Shown here piece after piece: positions 48,235 to 57,533 of a DNA stretch of 64,000 bases. This stretch comes from a virus (lineage: Duplodnaviria > Heunggongvirae > Uroviricota > Caudoviricetes). The DNA is taken from the IMG/VR virus record IMGVR_UViG_3300030055_000004; one strand, written 5' to 3'. A program made the position numbers and the translations under genes. The notes beneath the pieces are model-generated. The model saw nothing but the letters and a program-made list of their open reading frames with translations. It ran no database searches and was not told where the DNA came from. Positions within the stretch are counted from its first letter, which is position 1. The number at the start of each line of letters is the position of its first letter.

Positions 48235-49402
48235 AATCACGAACGCATTTAAATACAGGTTGACTTGGAATACCATCATCTGACCAACTAAAAAATGTAA
48301 CAGATGCTTTTTTACCAACTAGGTCTTCCCATGTTGCTAAATATTCTGCTCTTACTTCCCTAGTTCCCATTGGTTTTGCATCAAAACTCTTCCCTGTTTT
48401 AGTTTTTAAAGTGAAACAGAAATCTTCATCACGAAGTCCTTCTGATACACCTATTATTTCAAATTCTTCTTCCATACGTTCTTTTAGTTTAACCATAAGA
48501 ACACTAGAACGCTTTCCAATACCATATGGTTTATTAGGATTACGCATTACTAAACCTTCATAACCTTCTCTTACAAATTGATCATGAGTTTTTTTAATTT
48601 TTAAATATCCAGATAATAAATAATGATCTATAACTGTAATTTTAGGTTCATCTTTCATTATTTCTTGTAATTCCATTAATAATTCATATCTATCAACAAA
48701 ATTTAAAGTTGGATGATATATATCATAAATCCAATAATTTAATACATCACATTTAGATTCCCATTCTTTAACTCTAGCCATACCAGACAGTTTTTGAAGA
48801 GAAGTACCATGATTATATAATTCACCATCCAATTTTAAATCTGGATTAGCAATAAACCATTTAATTAATTTTTCACTAGCTCTAATTTTAGTAGTTGGTA
48901 TATTATATTCTCCACCACCACGACTTGCACTATGTATCTCATTATCTTTAAGAAATAGGCAACATCTAACTCCATCAAGTTTTCTTGAACAATACCATTC
49001 TTTTTCAAATATATTTGAAGAACACTTTTCAGAAGATACTGCAAGCATGGGTTTTGGTACACCATTTTGATCTTCTTTGTCAGTATTTACTAATTCATCA
49101 ATTTCAGAATCTGATAAATCTTCAAAAGAGATTTCAGTTAAATCTTCAATTTTTGTATATCCTTTATCCATATATTTTTTTAATATGGATTTATATTCTA
49201 ATTCAGCTTGTTGGATTGGAGTTCTTTTTACTTTACCACTAGTTATAGTAATAACAGGTTGAGGAGTTATCTTTCCAGCCAATTGACTTGTAAATCTTTT
49301 TATTTCAAATGAGGTAGTATTTTGTTCACAAATAGTATGAACAATTTGTACTTTACCTCTAACATTTCTACTTACTAAGTAGTTTTCAAATACTATTGCC
49401 AT
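48227..49402 (-). CDS. lig: ATP-dependent DNA ligase (391 aa)
   Basis: KPMLA, SRKLDGVRC (KxDG), LDGELY, EGYEGLVMR, KLK motifs and OB-fold C-terminus. Confidence 0.95.
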   Translation of the reverse strand: MAIVFENYLVSRNVRGKVQIVHTICEQNTTSFEIKRFTSQLAGKITPQPVITITSGKVKRTPIQQAELEYKSILKKYMDKGYTKIEDLTEISFEDLSDSEIDELVNTDKEDQNGVPKPMLAVSSEKCSSNIFEKEWYCSRKLDGVRCCLFLKDNEIHSASRGGGEYNIPTTKIRASEKLIKWFIANPDLKLDGELYNHGTSLQKLSGMARVKEWESKCDVLNYWIYDIYHPTLNFVDRYELLMELQEIMKDEPKITVIDHYLLSGYLKIKKTHDQFVREGYEGLVMRNPNKPYGIGKRSSVLMVKLKERMEEEFEIIGVSEGLRDEDFCFTLKTKTGKSFDAKPMGTREVRAEYLATWEDLVGKKASVTFFSWSDDGIPSQPVFKCVRDYE

Positions 49403-49758
49403 TAAATTTTTTTATTTTGTTCTAATTTATCTAATTCCCAACCAATACATTCTTCAAGGCAAGTTCCACCATTATAAAAACCCACTCTAAATTCATACAT
49501 ATCATTTCCTAATGGATTTAGACTACAATCATCATCATTAACTTCCGAATGATCAAATATCCAATAAAGATCATTGTTATGAACCATATAAGTTTCATAA
49601 CTATCTTCATATACTAAATAATCAATCCAATCTTCTACTTCTTCAGTAGGATAATCATGGGTTTCTAAATAAATACGTTTACATTGTTCATCTAATGGTT
49701 CAAATTTTAATCTTGGTAATAATTTTAATTTACCAATATGATATTCTATATCACTCAT
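49402..49758 (-). CDS. Hypothetical acidic protein (118 aa)
   Basis: ORF coupled to the ligase start. Confidence 0.7.
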   Translation of the reverse strand: MSDIEYHIGKLKLLPRLKFEPLDEQCKRIYLETHDYPTEEVEDWIDYLVYEDSYETYMVHNNDLYWIFDHSEVNDDDCSLNPLGNDMYEFRVGFYNGGTCLEECIGWELDKLEQNKKI

Positions 49759-49764
49759 AATTTA

Positions 49765-49950
49765 TTATTCTATTACTGTCCAACAAGAATCAATGTTTTC
49801 CCACATCCAAGCTTCATATTCACCTTGAATTATTTGATCTGGATCTTTATCACAATCATAATCATCTGGTATAGATATAATTTTAATATGTTCTCTTTCT
49901 GAACCTTGACATCCTGTTGCTACATAAAAATTTACTTTTATATTTTTCAT
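49765..49950 (-). CDS. Small hypothetical phage protein (61 aa)
   Basis: ATG 49950, FYVATGCQGSE; ends TAA. Confidence 0.65.
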   Translation of the reverse strand: MKNIKVNFYVATGCQGSEREHIKIISIPDDYDCDKDPDQIIQGEYEAWMWENIDSCWTVIE

Positions 49951-49988
49951 TCTACAAATACCTTTTGTATTGTTTTTTCTGTATTCAT
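49947..49988 (-). CDS. 13-codon coupling minigene [13 protein letters not shown] ending in TGA
   Basis: TAATG overlap with the dut stop and ATGA overlap with the next start. Confidence 0.4.
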   Translation of the reverse strand: MNTEKTIQKVFVE

Positions 49989-50473
49989 TATTTTGTTCCT
50001 GTTGAGTTAAAGCCACCTTCACCTCTGTCTGTTTTATCTAAATGAATTACTTCATTCCATTCAATTAAAGATACTTTAGCTAAAACTAATTGAGCTATTC
50101 TATCTCCTTGTTGTATTTCAAATACATCATCACTTAAATTCATAAGTATAACACCAATTTCTCCACGGTAATCACTATCAATCGTTCCAGGTGTATTTAA
50201 TACTGTTACCCCAAATTTTAATGCAGTACCACTTCTTGGTCTTACTTGTAGTTCATATCCTGGAGGAAATGAAGTGTATAATCCTGTTGGGATTAATACT
50301 CTACCACCACTGAATACTAATAATGTATTTCTTTCTTCATCAAATGCTGCTCCGAACATATATTCAGAATTTAAGCCATTGGTAAAGTTAGCACGGAGAT
50401 CCTGTCCTGAATCTCCGGGTTTCGCATATGTTGGGAGGGCATTCCCTCCATCATTTATTACGTTTACTTTCAT
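49988..50473 (-). CDS. dut: Trimeric dUTPase (161 aa)
   Basis: All five motifs: [35 protein letters not shown]. Confidence 0.97.
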   Translation of the reverse strand: MKVNVINDGGNALPTYAKPGDSGQDLRANFTNGLNSEYMFGAAFDEERNTLLVFSGGRVLIPTGLYTSFPPGYELQVRPRSGTALKFGVTVLNTPGTIDSDYRGEIGVILMNLSDDVFEIQQGDRIAQLVLAKVSLIEWNEVIHLDKTDRGEGGFNSTGTK

Positions 50474-50612
50474 CGTTTATTTTTTCTTTTTCTAATTTCT
50501 TAATTAACTCAACAAGATTATAATAACCTTGGCATTTAGTACTCATATCACTAAGAATACTGAAATGAAGTTCAATATATTTAAGAGTGTATAAATCCAG
50601 TTTCTTTTCCAT
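50451..50612 (-). CDS. Hypothetical protein (53 aa) ending in TGA
   Basis: ATG 50612 to TGA 50451-50453, overlapping the dut start; fills an otherwise empty gap. Confidence 0.5.
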   Translation of the reverse strand: MEKKLDLYTLKYIELHFSILSDMSTKCQGYYNLVELIKKLEKEKINDESKRNK

Positions 50613-50760
50613 TATTTTGTATTATTTCAAGTACTTTTTCTAATTCAACATATTTTTTAGTTACTGGACAGAATTTTATACTAATCCATTTATTCTCTAT
50701 TATATTAATAGTTTTTAATTTATTAATTTTTAATTCTATTTTATCCGACTCTAAACTCAT
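50581..50760 (-). CDS. Hypothetical protein (59 aa)
   Basis: ATG 50760 to TAA 50581-50583; below the track length cut-off. Confidence 0.5.
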   Translation of the reverse strand: MSLESDKIELKINKLKTINIIENKWISIKFCPVTKKYVELEKVLEIIQNNGKETGFIHS

Positions 50761-50950
50761 TGTCTTTTAATGTATTACTAATTAATATTTCATAGTGTTT
50801 ATAACTACTTAATCTAGTACCATCTTCTTCAATACCTATGCATAATTCTTGTAGAAGAACCGTAGCAGTAGTTGAATTCATAACAATGAACTCAACTACT
50901 CCTTTCATACTCTTACTAATTATTGCTTCATTTAATAATTTTTGTATCAT
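50741..50950 (-). CDS. Hypothetical protein (69 aa)
   Basis: ORF in operon orientation. Confidence 0.6.
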   Translation of the reverse strand: MIQKLLNEAIISKSMKGVVEFIVMNSTTATVLLQELCIGIEEDGTRLSSYKHYEILISNTLKDNEFRVG

Positions 50951-50960
50951 TTATTTTTTA

Positions 50961-51203
50961 TTAATTATCATAGTATACTTCATCTAATGGAACTGTTACT
51001 ATTGATTCTAGATGTTCCTCACTCCAATAACTATATTCACCATCTTCATCATTAGTATCAATCACACATTCTCTATCTGTATTGAATTTGAATTCTCCTT
51101 TATTAACCCAACCTTCAATAAATCCTACTATAAACCCAGTATAAAGATCACCACATTCAGTAAACCAAACTTCATCTCCTACAAAAAACTTTTTCTTCCC
51201 CAT
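50961..51203 (-). CDS. Hypothetical acidic protein (80 aa)
   Basis: ATG 51203 just after the RNR stop; KFFVGDEVWF. Confidence 0.65.
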   Translation of the reverse strand: MGKKKFFVGDEVWFTECGDLYTGFIVGFIEGWVNKGEFKFNTDRECVIDTNDEDGEYSYWSEEHLESIVTVPLDEVYYDN

Positions 51204-51205
51204 TT

Positions 51206-53767
51206 CTATGCACATTTCGAATTACCGCAATTAAGACATTGCTTGCATCCTGATTGATAAACAATTGTCTCCATTCCACATTCTGTACAAATTTCTCCAT
51301 GAGATTGTGTACCATCTTTTACAAATGGTTTTAATGATCTTTCAATACCATTTTTCCAGTTATTCATTCCTTTATTAGTGAACATTAATCCACCAACAAC
51401 TTTAATAACTTGTTCAATAGGAGTTTTATGTCTTAATAATGCTGATACAAATCGAGCATAATTCCAAAATTCTTTATCAAAAATACGAGATAATCCTCCT
51501 AATGTATTAGTATATCCATAAGAATCAATATATCTAAAATCATATCTTGAGGTTCCATCATTTTGTTGTACTTTAATAATTTGTCCACTAGTTACAAAAG
51601 ATGGAATTGGAAATACATCCATATCTTTAGGGCCAGTAAATATTTCATAAGGTAAATCATTCATAATTCCTATAAATGCAACCCAATCTTTTTTCTCATT
51701 TTTAAATTGTTCAACTTTACATTCTAATTCAATAGGTCTTTCTTCTAGAATGTCAGAAGATACATCTGCAGTTTTAGTTAAAATACCAGCTCTACATCCA
51801 TCACGATATACAGTTGTCCCTTTTAAATCATACTTCCATGCTAATCTATAAAGAGTATCTATAGTTTCCTTAGGAGTATCACTTGCTAAATTAATAGTAG
51901 AACTAATAGAATGAGTAGTATATTTTTGTAATAAACTCTGAGTTTGAATTCTCACTTCTGGAGTAATATCTTCAGCCATATTATTATACCAAGGAGAGTT
52001 TTCAATTAAGAAATCTAACTCAGCATCTGGCATTTTCATTAATACTTCAATAGTACTTAATGGATTTTTTGATATATACCATTTCTTAAAACTACCATGA
52101 ATAACTCTATTATTAGTATAACCTTGGCCACTTAAATCAATAAAATCAGGAGTTTCATTTCCATTACATTTCTTTCTGCGATTGTAATATGCCATAAATA
52201 ATGGTTCACAACCACTTGTTGTACCTGCTTCAATACTGATAGTACCAGTAGGTGCAATTGTGCTCCAACTAATATTTCTCCTGCCATATTTTTTCATTTT
52301 TTCATATTGAGGTCTAAAATTAGTTCTCAAAAATTGATAAAATTGATTACCTGCCGACTCAAGATCTCCATCTAAAGGGTATTCTAAATCTTTATCATAA
52401 ACAGGAAATGGATCATTAATAATTGCTAAATCAATAGTTGCATCTGATTCAGCTTTCATTTTGAGAGCCATGATTTGTTTAGTGATAGCTACATCTCCAT
52501 AATCTACACCTAATGCAGCACATAAATCTCCATAACCAGTTATACCTACTCCTGTACGTCTGCCATTTTGACCTACTTCATAAATTTTTTCCCAAAGGAC
52601 TTTTTCATCTCCTATTGTTGCATCAATTATTCTTTGTACATGTTCAAGTTCTAAATCAACAAGAATATCACCAATTACTTGTGCTTCATAAAATACTTTA
52701 TAAGCCTTATCTATATTAATTGTAGCATTGTCTTCAAATTGATTATCTACTAAATTGAATAAATTCACTGCAATTAATCTACAAGAATCATAAGGTGAGA
52801 GTGGAATCTCTCCACAAGGATTTGTGCTAATTGCTCTAAATTCTGGATATACACTTGCAGGATCATTATCAATGATGGTATCCCAAAATAAAATACCAGG
52901 TTCTGCTGTATTCCAAGCACATTGAATTATAGAATCCCATAATTCTTTTGCTTTAATTTTCTTTGCATATGCAACTAATACACCATCTACTTTAATACTT
53001 TTTAAAATATTATAAGGAAATTCCATTTCAGATTCAAGTAATTCATTACATTCATAATCAACTGGCCACCTTAGTATATAATCTTCATTTGCTTCAACAG
53101 CTTTCATAAATGTATCTGTTAATCTTACAGATATATTTGCCCCATTAATTTTAGTTAAATTTTGTTTAGCTAAAATAAATTCTGGAGAATCTGGATGATC
53201 AATACTTAATGAAAGCATTAATGCTCCACGTCTACCATCTTGTCCAATAGTTTCAGTAACTTTACTGTATAATTCTGCAAATGGTACAATACCACCAGTA
53301 GTTTTTGCTGCATTATTTACATAAGCTTTTGCAGGTCTAATAGGAGATAAATCAGTCCCATTACCACCTCTACGTTTATAAATCTGCGACATATCTCTTG
53401 CTGTATTAAAAATATCAGCAATAGAATCATCTGTTGGCGTAACAAAACAATTAGATAATGATACTAATTTTCCACTACCTAATCCTGCTAGTACAGAACC
53501 ACCAGGAATTATATATTTAAAATCAGTAAATAATTCTAATAATTTTTCTTTAAAATCTTGATCATTTCGTTTTTTTCCATAATCTGATAAATCCGCATAT
53601 TTTTCAGGAGATATTTTATTAATATTCATAAAATTATCTTTTCTTGCAAATTCTGATGCTAAACGATTAAAAAACTCAGATAAAGTTTCGTCATTTAATC
53701 TATATTTATCAACCCACACTTTTCGTGCTAAATCATCGTTTTTGAAGTAATCTTCAATTTCTATCAT
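51206..53767 (-). CDS. nrdJ: Class II (adenosylcobalamin-dependent) ribonucleotide reductase (853 aa)
   Basis: PGGSVL, SNCF, GGNGTDLS.IRP, TNPCGEIPL..YDSCRL, RRTGVG, TIAPTGTIS, C-terminal CxxC..CxxC..C; no beta subunit gene nearby. Confidence 0.93.
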   Translation of the reverse strand: MIEIEDYFKNDDLARKVWVDKYRLNDETLSEFFNRLASEFARKDNFMNINKISPEKYADLSDYGKKRNDQDFKEKLLELFTDFKYIIPGGSVLAGLGSGKLVSLSNCFVTPTDDSIADIFNTARDMSQIYKRRGGNGTDLSPIRPAKAYVNNAAKTTGGIVPFAELYSKVTETIGQDGRRGALMLSLSIDHPDSPEFILAKQNLTKINGANISVRLTDTFMKAVEANEDYILRWPVDYECNELLESEMEFPYNILKSIKVDGVLVAYAKKIKAKELWDSIIQCAWNTAEPGILFWDTIIDNDPASVYPEFRAISTNPCGEIPLSPYDSCRLIAVNLFNLVDNQFEDNATINIDKAYKVFYEAQVIGDILVDLELEHVQRIIDATIGDEKVLWEKIYEVGQNGRRTGVGITGYGDLCAALGVDYGDVAITKQIMALKMKAESDATIDLAIINDPFPVYDKDLEYPLDGDLESAGNQFYQFLRTNFRPQYEKMKKYGRRNISWSTIAPTGTISIEAGTTSGCEPLFMAYYNRRKKCNGNETPDFIDLSGQGYTNNRVIHGSFKKWYISKNPLSTIEVLMKMPDAELDFLIENSPWYNNMAEDITPEVRIQTQSLLQKYTTHSISSTINLASDTPKETIDTLYRLAWKYDLKGTTVYRDGCRAGILTKTADVSSDILEERPIELECKVEQFKNEKKDWVAFIGIMNDLPYEIFTGPKDMDVFPIPSFVTSGQIIKVQQNDGTSRYDFRYIDSYGYTNTLGGLSRIFDKEFWNYARFVSALLRHKTPIEQVIKVVGGLMFTNKGMNNWKNGIERSLKPFVKDGTQSHGEICTECGMETIVYQSGCKQCLNCGNSKCA

Positions 53768-53789
53768 ATTTATTCTTTTAAATTGTATA

Positions 53790-53821
53790 CAAAGATACAA
53801 CAATTTTTCAATTCTCGCAAG
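53790..53821 (-). promoter_or_regulatory. Bacteroidota-type promoter for nrdJ
   Basis: CTTG - 20 nt - TATCTTTG on the - strand, 22 nt upstream of ATG 53767. Confidence 0.75.
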
Positions 53822-53865
53822 TATTAAAAAATGTTAACTCTCTATATATTATATGTTTATAGATA

Positions 53866-54138
53866 TTACATATCTAAAAATTCTTGGATTAACTCAGGTG
53901 TTAATTCCTTTTTACTTTCAGGCCAATATGCCGCATATTCGACCACATTTTCATTCTCAAATATTAAAATAGGTAATTGTTTAGCCCCATGTCTAGTCAT
54001 TAAAAGAATAGCATTTTTACGTTGTTTATAATTATCAAAATTATATGTTTCTAAATAAATAGGATATGTAACTTTATCTAATATACTAAAAACATTATCT
54101 TTTGTTTCATTATTATAAACTAATTTAATTACTCTCAT
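53866..54138 (-). CDS. Hypothetical protein, possibly glutaredoxin/thioredoxin-like fold lacking Cys (90 aa)
   Basis: Size, GAKQLPILIF segment and position next to RNR; no CxxC. Confidence 0.45.
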   Translation of the reverse strand: MRVIKLVYNNETKDNVFSILDKVTYPIYLETYNFDNYKQRKNAILLMTRHGAKQLPILIFENENVVEYAAYWPESKKELTPELIQEFLDM

Positions 54139-54394
54139 TTTCTATATAATATTTAATTATTTGTCCATTTTTATCATATAAGATAGTTAATGGAATATCT
54201 AGTTTAATACATGATAATTTTACTGCATATAATAAATCAAATTGATGGGTTCTTATTAGTTGAACTATATTTTGTAAATCTACAGGAGTTGGTTGTTGTC
54301 GTCCAAATAAGTCTGTAACATTTACAATAAATTGATTTAACTCACCTATTGTCATTTGAGTATTATTAATAATTTTCTCAATTATTTCTTTCAT
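54125..54394 (-). CDS. Hypothetical protein (89 aa)
   Basis: ORF in operon orientation. Confidence 0.7.
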   Translation of the reverse strand: MKEIIEKIINNTQMTIGELNQFIVNVTDLFGRQQPTPVDLQNIVQLIRTHQFDLLYAVKLSCIKLDIPLTILYDKNGQIIKYYIENESN

Positions 54395-54434
54395 ATAATA
54401 TTTTTTAGTTGTGAGTAGTATTTAAAATCATTTT

Positions 54435-54479
54435 AATTAATTGTAATACCAAAACTGAATAATGGTATTACAATTAATT
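54435..54479. repeat. Perfect 17-bp intergenic inverted repeat
   Basis: AATTAATTGTAATACCA (54435-54451) - 11 nt - TGGTATTACAATTAATT (54463-54479). Confidence 0.9.
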
Positions 54480-54500
54480 TTAAATGTTTAAAATGAAAAA

Positions 54501-54728
54501 TTATACATTAATAGATAAATAATCTATTTCATAATCTCCATGTAATAATTCTTTAATAAGATTCTCATTTTCTTCATCATACACCTCACTCAATTCTTCT
54601 GCTGTTATATCAGATGGGATTGTAATAAATTTAGTAATACAAGCTTCAACTAGTACTTCTTGAGTATTTTGATTCCAAGGTGCATCTTCTGTATGTTCTG
54701 ATACTCCAGGTGGATAATTTGATAACAT
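54501..54728 (-). CDS. Small acidic protein with NYPPG...APWN motif (75 aa)
   Basis: ORF; motif recalled from small phage proteins. Confidence 0.7.
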   Translation of the reverse strand: MLSNYPPGVSEHTEDAPWNQNTQEVLVEACITKFITIPSDITAEELSEVYDEENENLIKELLHGDYEIDYLSINV

Positions 54729-54729
54729 A

Positions 54730-55170
54730 TTAATTTCTTTTTAAAAAAATATAATCTACACCTTTATAATAGTAAATTTCTCTTGGTTCAGTATCTAATA
54801 TATCTTCATAATTATTCAAACAATATTCTTCAAGTTCATCTTCATCTACTATAAAAGTGGATGGCATATAATTTGAATTTCTCATATTATATTTTAAATC
54901 TTGTTCTGCATTATAAATTTCATTAGGTAATAATTCATATTTAATTAAATTATGCATTTCTGTTGCTGTATAAATTAAATAATTATATTCATCTTCATCA
55001 TTATAAGTAGCTTTGAAATTATTATCATCATCACTATCTTCATCTAACTCTACAATTTCTAAATCATCACTATCTATTTCTAGAAATTCTTCTAAAGCTT
55101 CAATTTTTAAAATTACTACTTGTTGTTCTTCAGTAAGGATTATTTCCTCTACATTTTCTAAATTATTCAT
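54730..55170 (-). CDS. Very acidic hypothetical protein (146 aa)
   Basis: ORF, D/E-rich. Confidence 0.75.
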   Translation of the reverse strand: MNNLENVEEIILTEEQQVVILKIEALEEFLEIDSDDLEIVELDEDSDDDNNFKATYNDEDEYNYLIYTATEMHNLIKYELLPNEIYNAEQDLKYNMRNSNYMPSTFIVDEDELEEYCLNNYEDILDTEPREIYYYKGVDYIFLKRN

Positions 55171-55471
55171 ATACTACTATTGTTTTTGTTATTGGAAATA
55201 CTTCCTTTATCTCTTCTATTTCAAAATAATCATAACCATGTATACTAATCATACAAAAGTATTTATTATCTGAAATCCTTTTAAATATTGTTTCTCTAGT
55301 TATAGAACCACCATGACCTTCATCATAACTATCAATAGTAGAGTCAACTACTTCAAAAAGTAATTTTGAATCATCATCACAATCATCATCTATATAAATA
55401 TCTTCAAAATAAGTAAGTTGATCAAAATTATATTTATCCCATTGGGATTTATCAATTATTTCTCTATTCAT
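55163..55471 (-). CDS. Acidic hypothetical protein (102 aa), probable paralogue of 55464..55748
   Basis: IFKRISDNKYF...EVFPITKTIVVYE versus ILQRATDDKFF...EVQPKQVMTTIYE. Confidence 0.7.
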   Translation of the reverse strand: MNREIIDKSQWDKYNFDQLTYFEDIYIDDDCDDDSKLLFEVVDSTIDSYDEGHGGSITRETIFKRISDNKYFCMISIHGYDYFEIEEIKEVFPITKTIVVYE

Positions 55472-55748
55472 AGATTGTAGTCATTACTTGTTTTGGTTGT
55501 ACCTCCATTAAAATAAATTCTTCATCATCTTCAGTATAATCAGACATATTACAATTATAATTATAAAAAGCACTTGTACTAAAGAACTTATCATCAGTAG
55601 CTCTTTGAAGAATTACTTCAAATTCCCAAAGGTCATGATCAACTCCTAATAATTTTTTATAATCTTCAACTATTTCAAAATTATCAGATTCATTATCTAG
55701 AATTTCTATGAATTCTTTACCAAATATAATAACTTCTTCTTTAATCAT
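55464..55748 (-). CDS. Acidic hypothetical protein (94 aa)
   Basis: ORF with overlapping start/stop; similar to its neighbour. Confidence 0.7.
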   Translation of the reverse strand: MIKEEVIIFGKEFIEILDNESDNFEIVEDYKKLLGVDHDLWEFEVILQRATDDKFFSTSAFYNYNCNMSDYTEDDEEFILMEVQPKQVMTTIYE

Positions 55749-56514
55749 TAGTAACTCCTAATAAACGGTTAATAATCATAGTCTTTTCAAACTTATTCAT
55801 AATATCTTTTTTATCATCAGTTACTATTTGAGTAAATGCATTATATACATCAAATAGTGAAGGATCATGACCTTCTGGAATAAAATATTCACTCTCTTGA
55901 TTAATAAATAATTGTTTATATGCATCAATTGGAGTAGATACTGCAATTTTTACTTTACCAAAACCATAGTCTTGTGATTCTCTTAAAGAGTAGTCAACCC
56001 ATTCTCCAAGATATTGTTTACGCATATCCCTACTAAGGAATTCACTTTTCATTTTTGCCATATTAATAGCAAAGTCATTAGTATATTCCATTAAATCCTT
56101 AATTGGTTTAAAATTAATTGGATCTCCTGGGATTAAATCTTGTACATTTAACCATTGAGGATTAAATACTGTTAAATTTGTACAGGCTTGATTCAAATAT
56201 CCTCTATAGATTTTAACTACTGGTTTCTTTACATCTATACCATATAAAAATCCTATAACTTCATCATGAGAATCAATACTGTATTTCTCAGGTAATACTG
56301 CTTGAATTAAAACTCTATTAAAAGTTATATCAGTATTCTCTGTATTTGTGGTCATTTGATCAGGCATTTTTACTTGAATCCTAAAATCTTCTGTAAAAGC
56401 AGTCATTCTTTCTAAAAATGGTTCTACATAATTTTTAGTTGCATTAAATTCTTTATTTTTTATAAGGGTTGACTTCCCTCTTAGCAATTCTGCTATACTT
56501 ATTTCATTTGCCAT
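55741..56514 (-). CDS. Conserved crAss-like protein, possibly DUF932-like (257 aa)
   Basis: Long ORF; ACTNL..F and S.FDVYNAFTQ segments; family call from recall only. Confidence 0.6.
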   Translation of the reverse strand: MANEISIAELLRGKSTLIKNKEFNATKNYVEPFLERMTAFTEDFRIQVKMPDQMTTNTENTDITFNRVLIQAVLPEKYSIDSHDEVIGFLYGIDVKKPVVKIYRGYLNQACTNLTVFNPQWLNVQDLIPGDPINFKPIKDLMEYTNDFAINMAKMKSEFLSRDMRKQYLGEWVDYSLRESQDYGFGKVKIAVSTPIDAYKQLFINQESEYFIPEGHDPSLFDVYNAFTQIVTDDKKDIMNKFEKTMIINRLLGVTND

Positions 56515-56516
56515 TA

Positions 56517-56798
56517 TTAATCATTATTATTTTCATTTGCATATAATAAACCTTCATCATAACCTTCACTATATCCATTTTCGTACCCATTTTTATATCC
56601 ATTTTCATATGCCCTGTCAGATTCTTCACTACAACCTCTATCATAACCTTCATCATAACCTTCAGCAGAACCATCAGCAAATGCTAAATTATATTCTTCA
56701 GCTAACTGATCTTCAAAAATAGAATATAATTCTTCAACTAATTCATCTTCTTCATACTCGAAATTTTCAAGTAAAAATTCTCTTATATTTTCTTTCAT
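56517..56798 (-). CDS. Acidic protein with GYxxG (GxxxG) repeats (93 aa)
   Basis: EGYDEGYDRG...NGYKNGYENGYSEGYDEG. Confidence 0.7.
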   Translation of the reverse strand: MKENIREFLLENFEYEEDELVEELYSIFEDQLAEEYNLAFADGSAEGYDEGYDRGCSEESDRAYENGYKNGYENGYSEGYDEGLLYANENNND

Positions 56799-56799
56799 A

Positions 56800-57165
56800 T
56801 TAATAACTTATTTTTTTTCCACATTCAGGACAATAATTTTGTTCATTAAATTTTGCATCATCACAACAATTAACTATTTTTAATTCTCTTTTTTTAATTA
56901 AATAACTATATTGTTTAACTAATTCATCTAAATTTAAAAATTCTAATTCTGGATATTCATCTGTATCTTCTAAATCTTCAGGATCATATAATAAATCTTT
57001 ATTGACATGATAATTTATATAATCTTGTATAAAACTCTCTAGTTCATAATTACTATAAATATCTATATCATTATCTTTAATAAATTCCTCAATATCAAAT
57101 TCAATATCTGTATTAAATAATTTATTAAGTTGGATTGTATATCTGCTTTTTATTTTTACTATCAT
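56800..57165 (-). CDS. Acidic hypothetical protein with C-terminal CC...CPEC (121 aa)
   Basis: ORF; possible Zn ribbon. Confidence 0.7.
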   Translation of the reverse strand: MIVKIKSRYTIQLNKLFNTDIEFDIEEFIKDNDIDIYSNYELESFIQDYINYHVNKDLLYDPEDLEDTDEYPELEFLNLDELVKQYSYLIKKRELKIVNCCDDAKFNEQNYCPECGKKISY

Positions 57166-57533
57166 AATTTACAATTTTCTAAATTAAATTCATATTCAAA
57201 ATCTTCACTTTCTTCCATAAATTGAATAGGAGGAATTTCTCCATTCTTTAATTTATAAGTATAAAATTTATTATGTAGTAAAGGTAATCCTTCTACATCT
57301 GAATCATATTCAGATTGCATATAAGCTATATCCTCTGCAAAGTTTAAATAAGGATAATCTTCTTCTTTAATATCTTCATCATCATATGATGTATTATATA
57401 AACCTGCTGGAGTTTGTTTTACATCATGAAAATATTTACAGAAATGATCAATAAAATCTTGATTAATTACTGTTTCATCTATTTCAACTGTATAAATCTT
57501 TTCAGATTTAATTGTTACTTCTATTGTTTTCAT
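57162..57533 (-). CDS. Acidic hypothetical protein (123 aa) ending in TGA
   Basis: ATGA overlap with the next gene; TGA immediately followed by TAG. Confidence 0.7.
   Translation of the reverse strand: MKTIEVTIKSEKIYTVEIDETVINQDFIDHFCKYFHDVKQTPAGLYNTSYDDEDIKEEDYPYLNFAEDIAYMQSEYDSDVEGLPLLHNKFYTYKLKNGEIPPIQFMEESEDFEYEFNLENCKL

Noticed and set aside
51206-53767. Intron or intein in nrdJ, ligase or RNAP
   Set aside because: Continuous frames, normal motif spacing and no endonuclease inserts seen.
56570-56680. Short DNA repeats (CATAACCTTC) as a repeat array
   Set aside because: Explained by the encoded GYDEG peptide repeats; no spacers.
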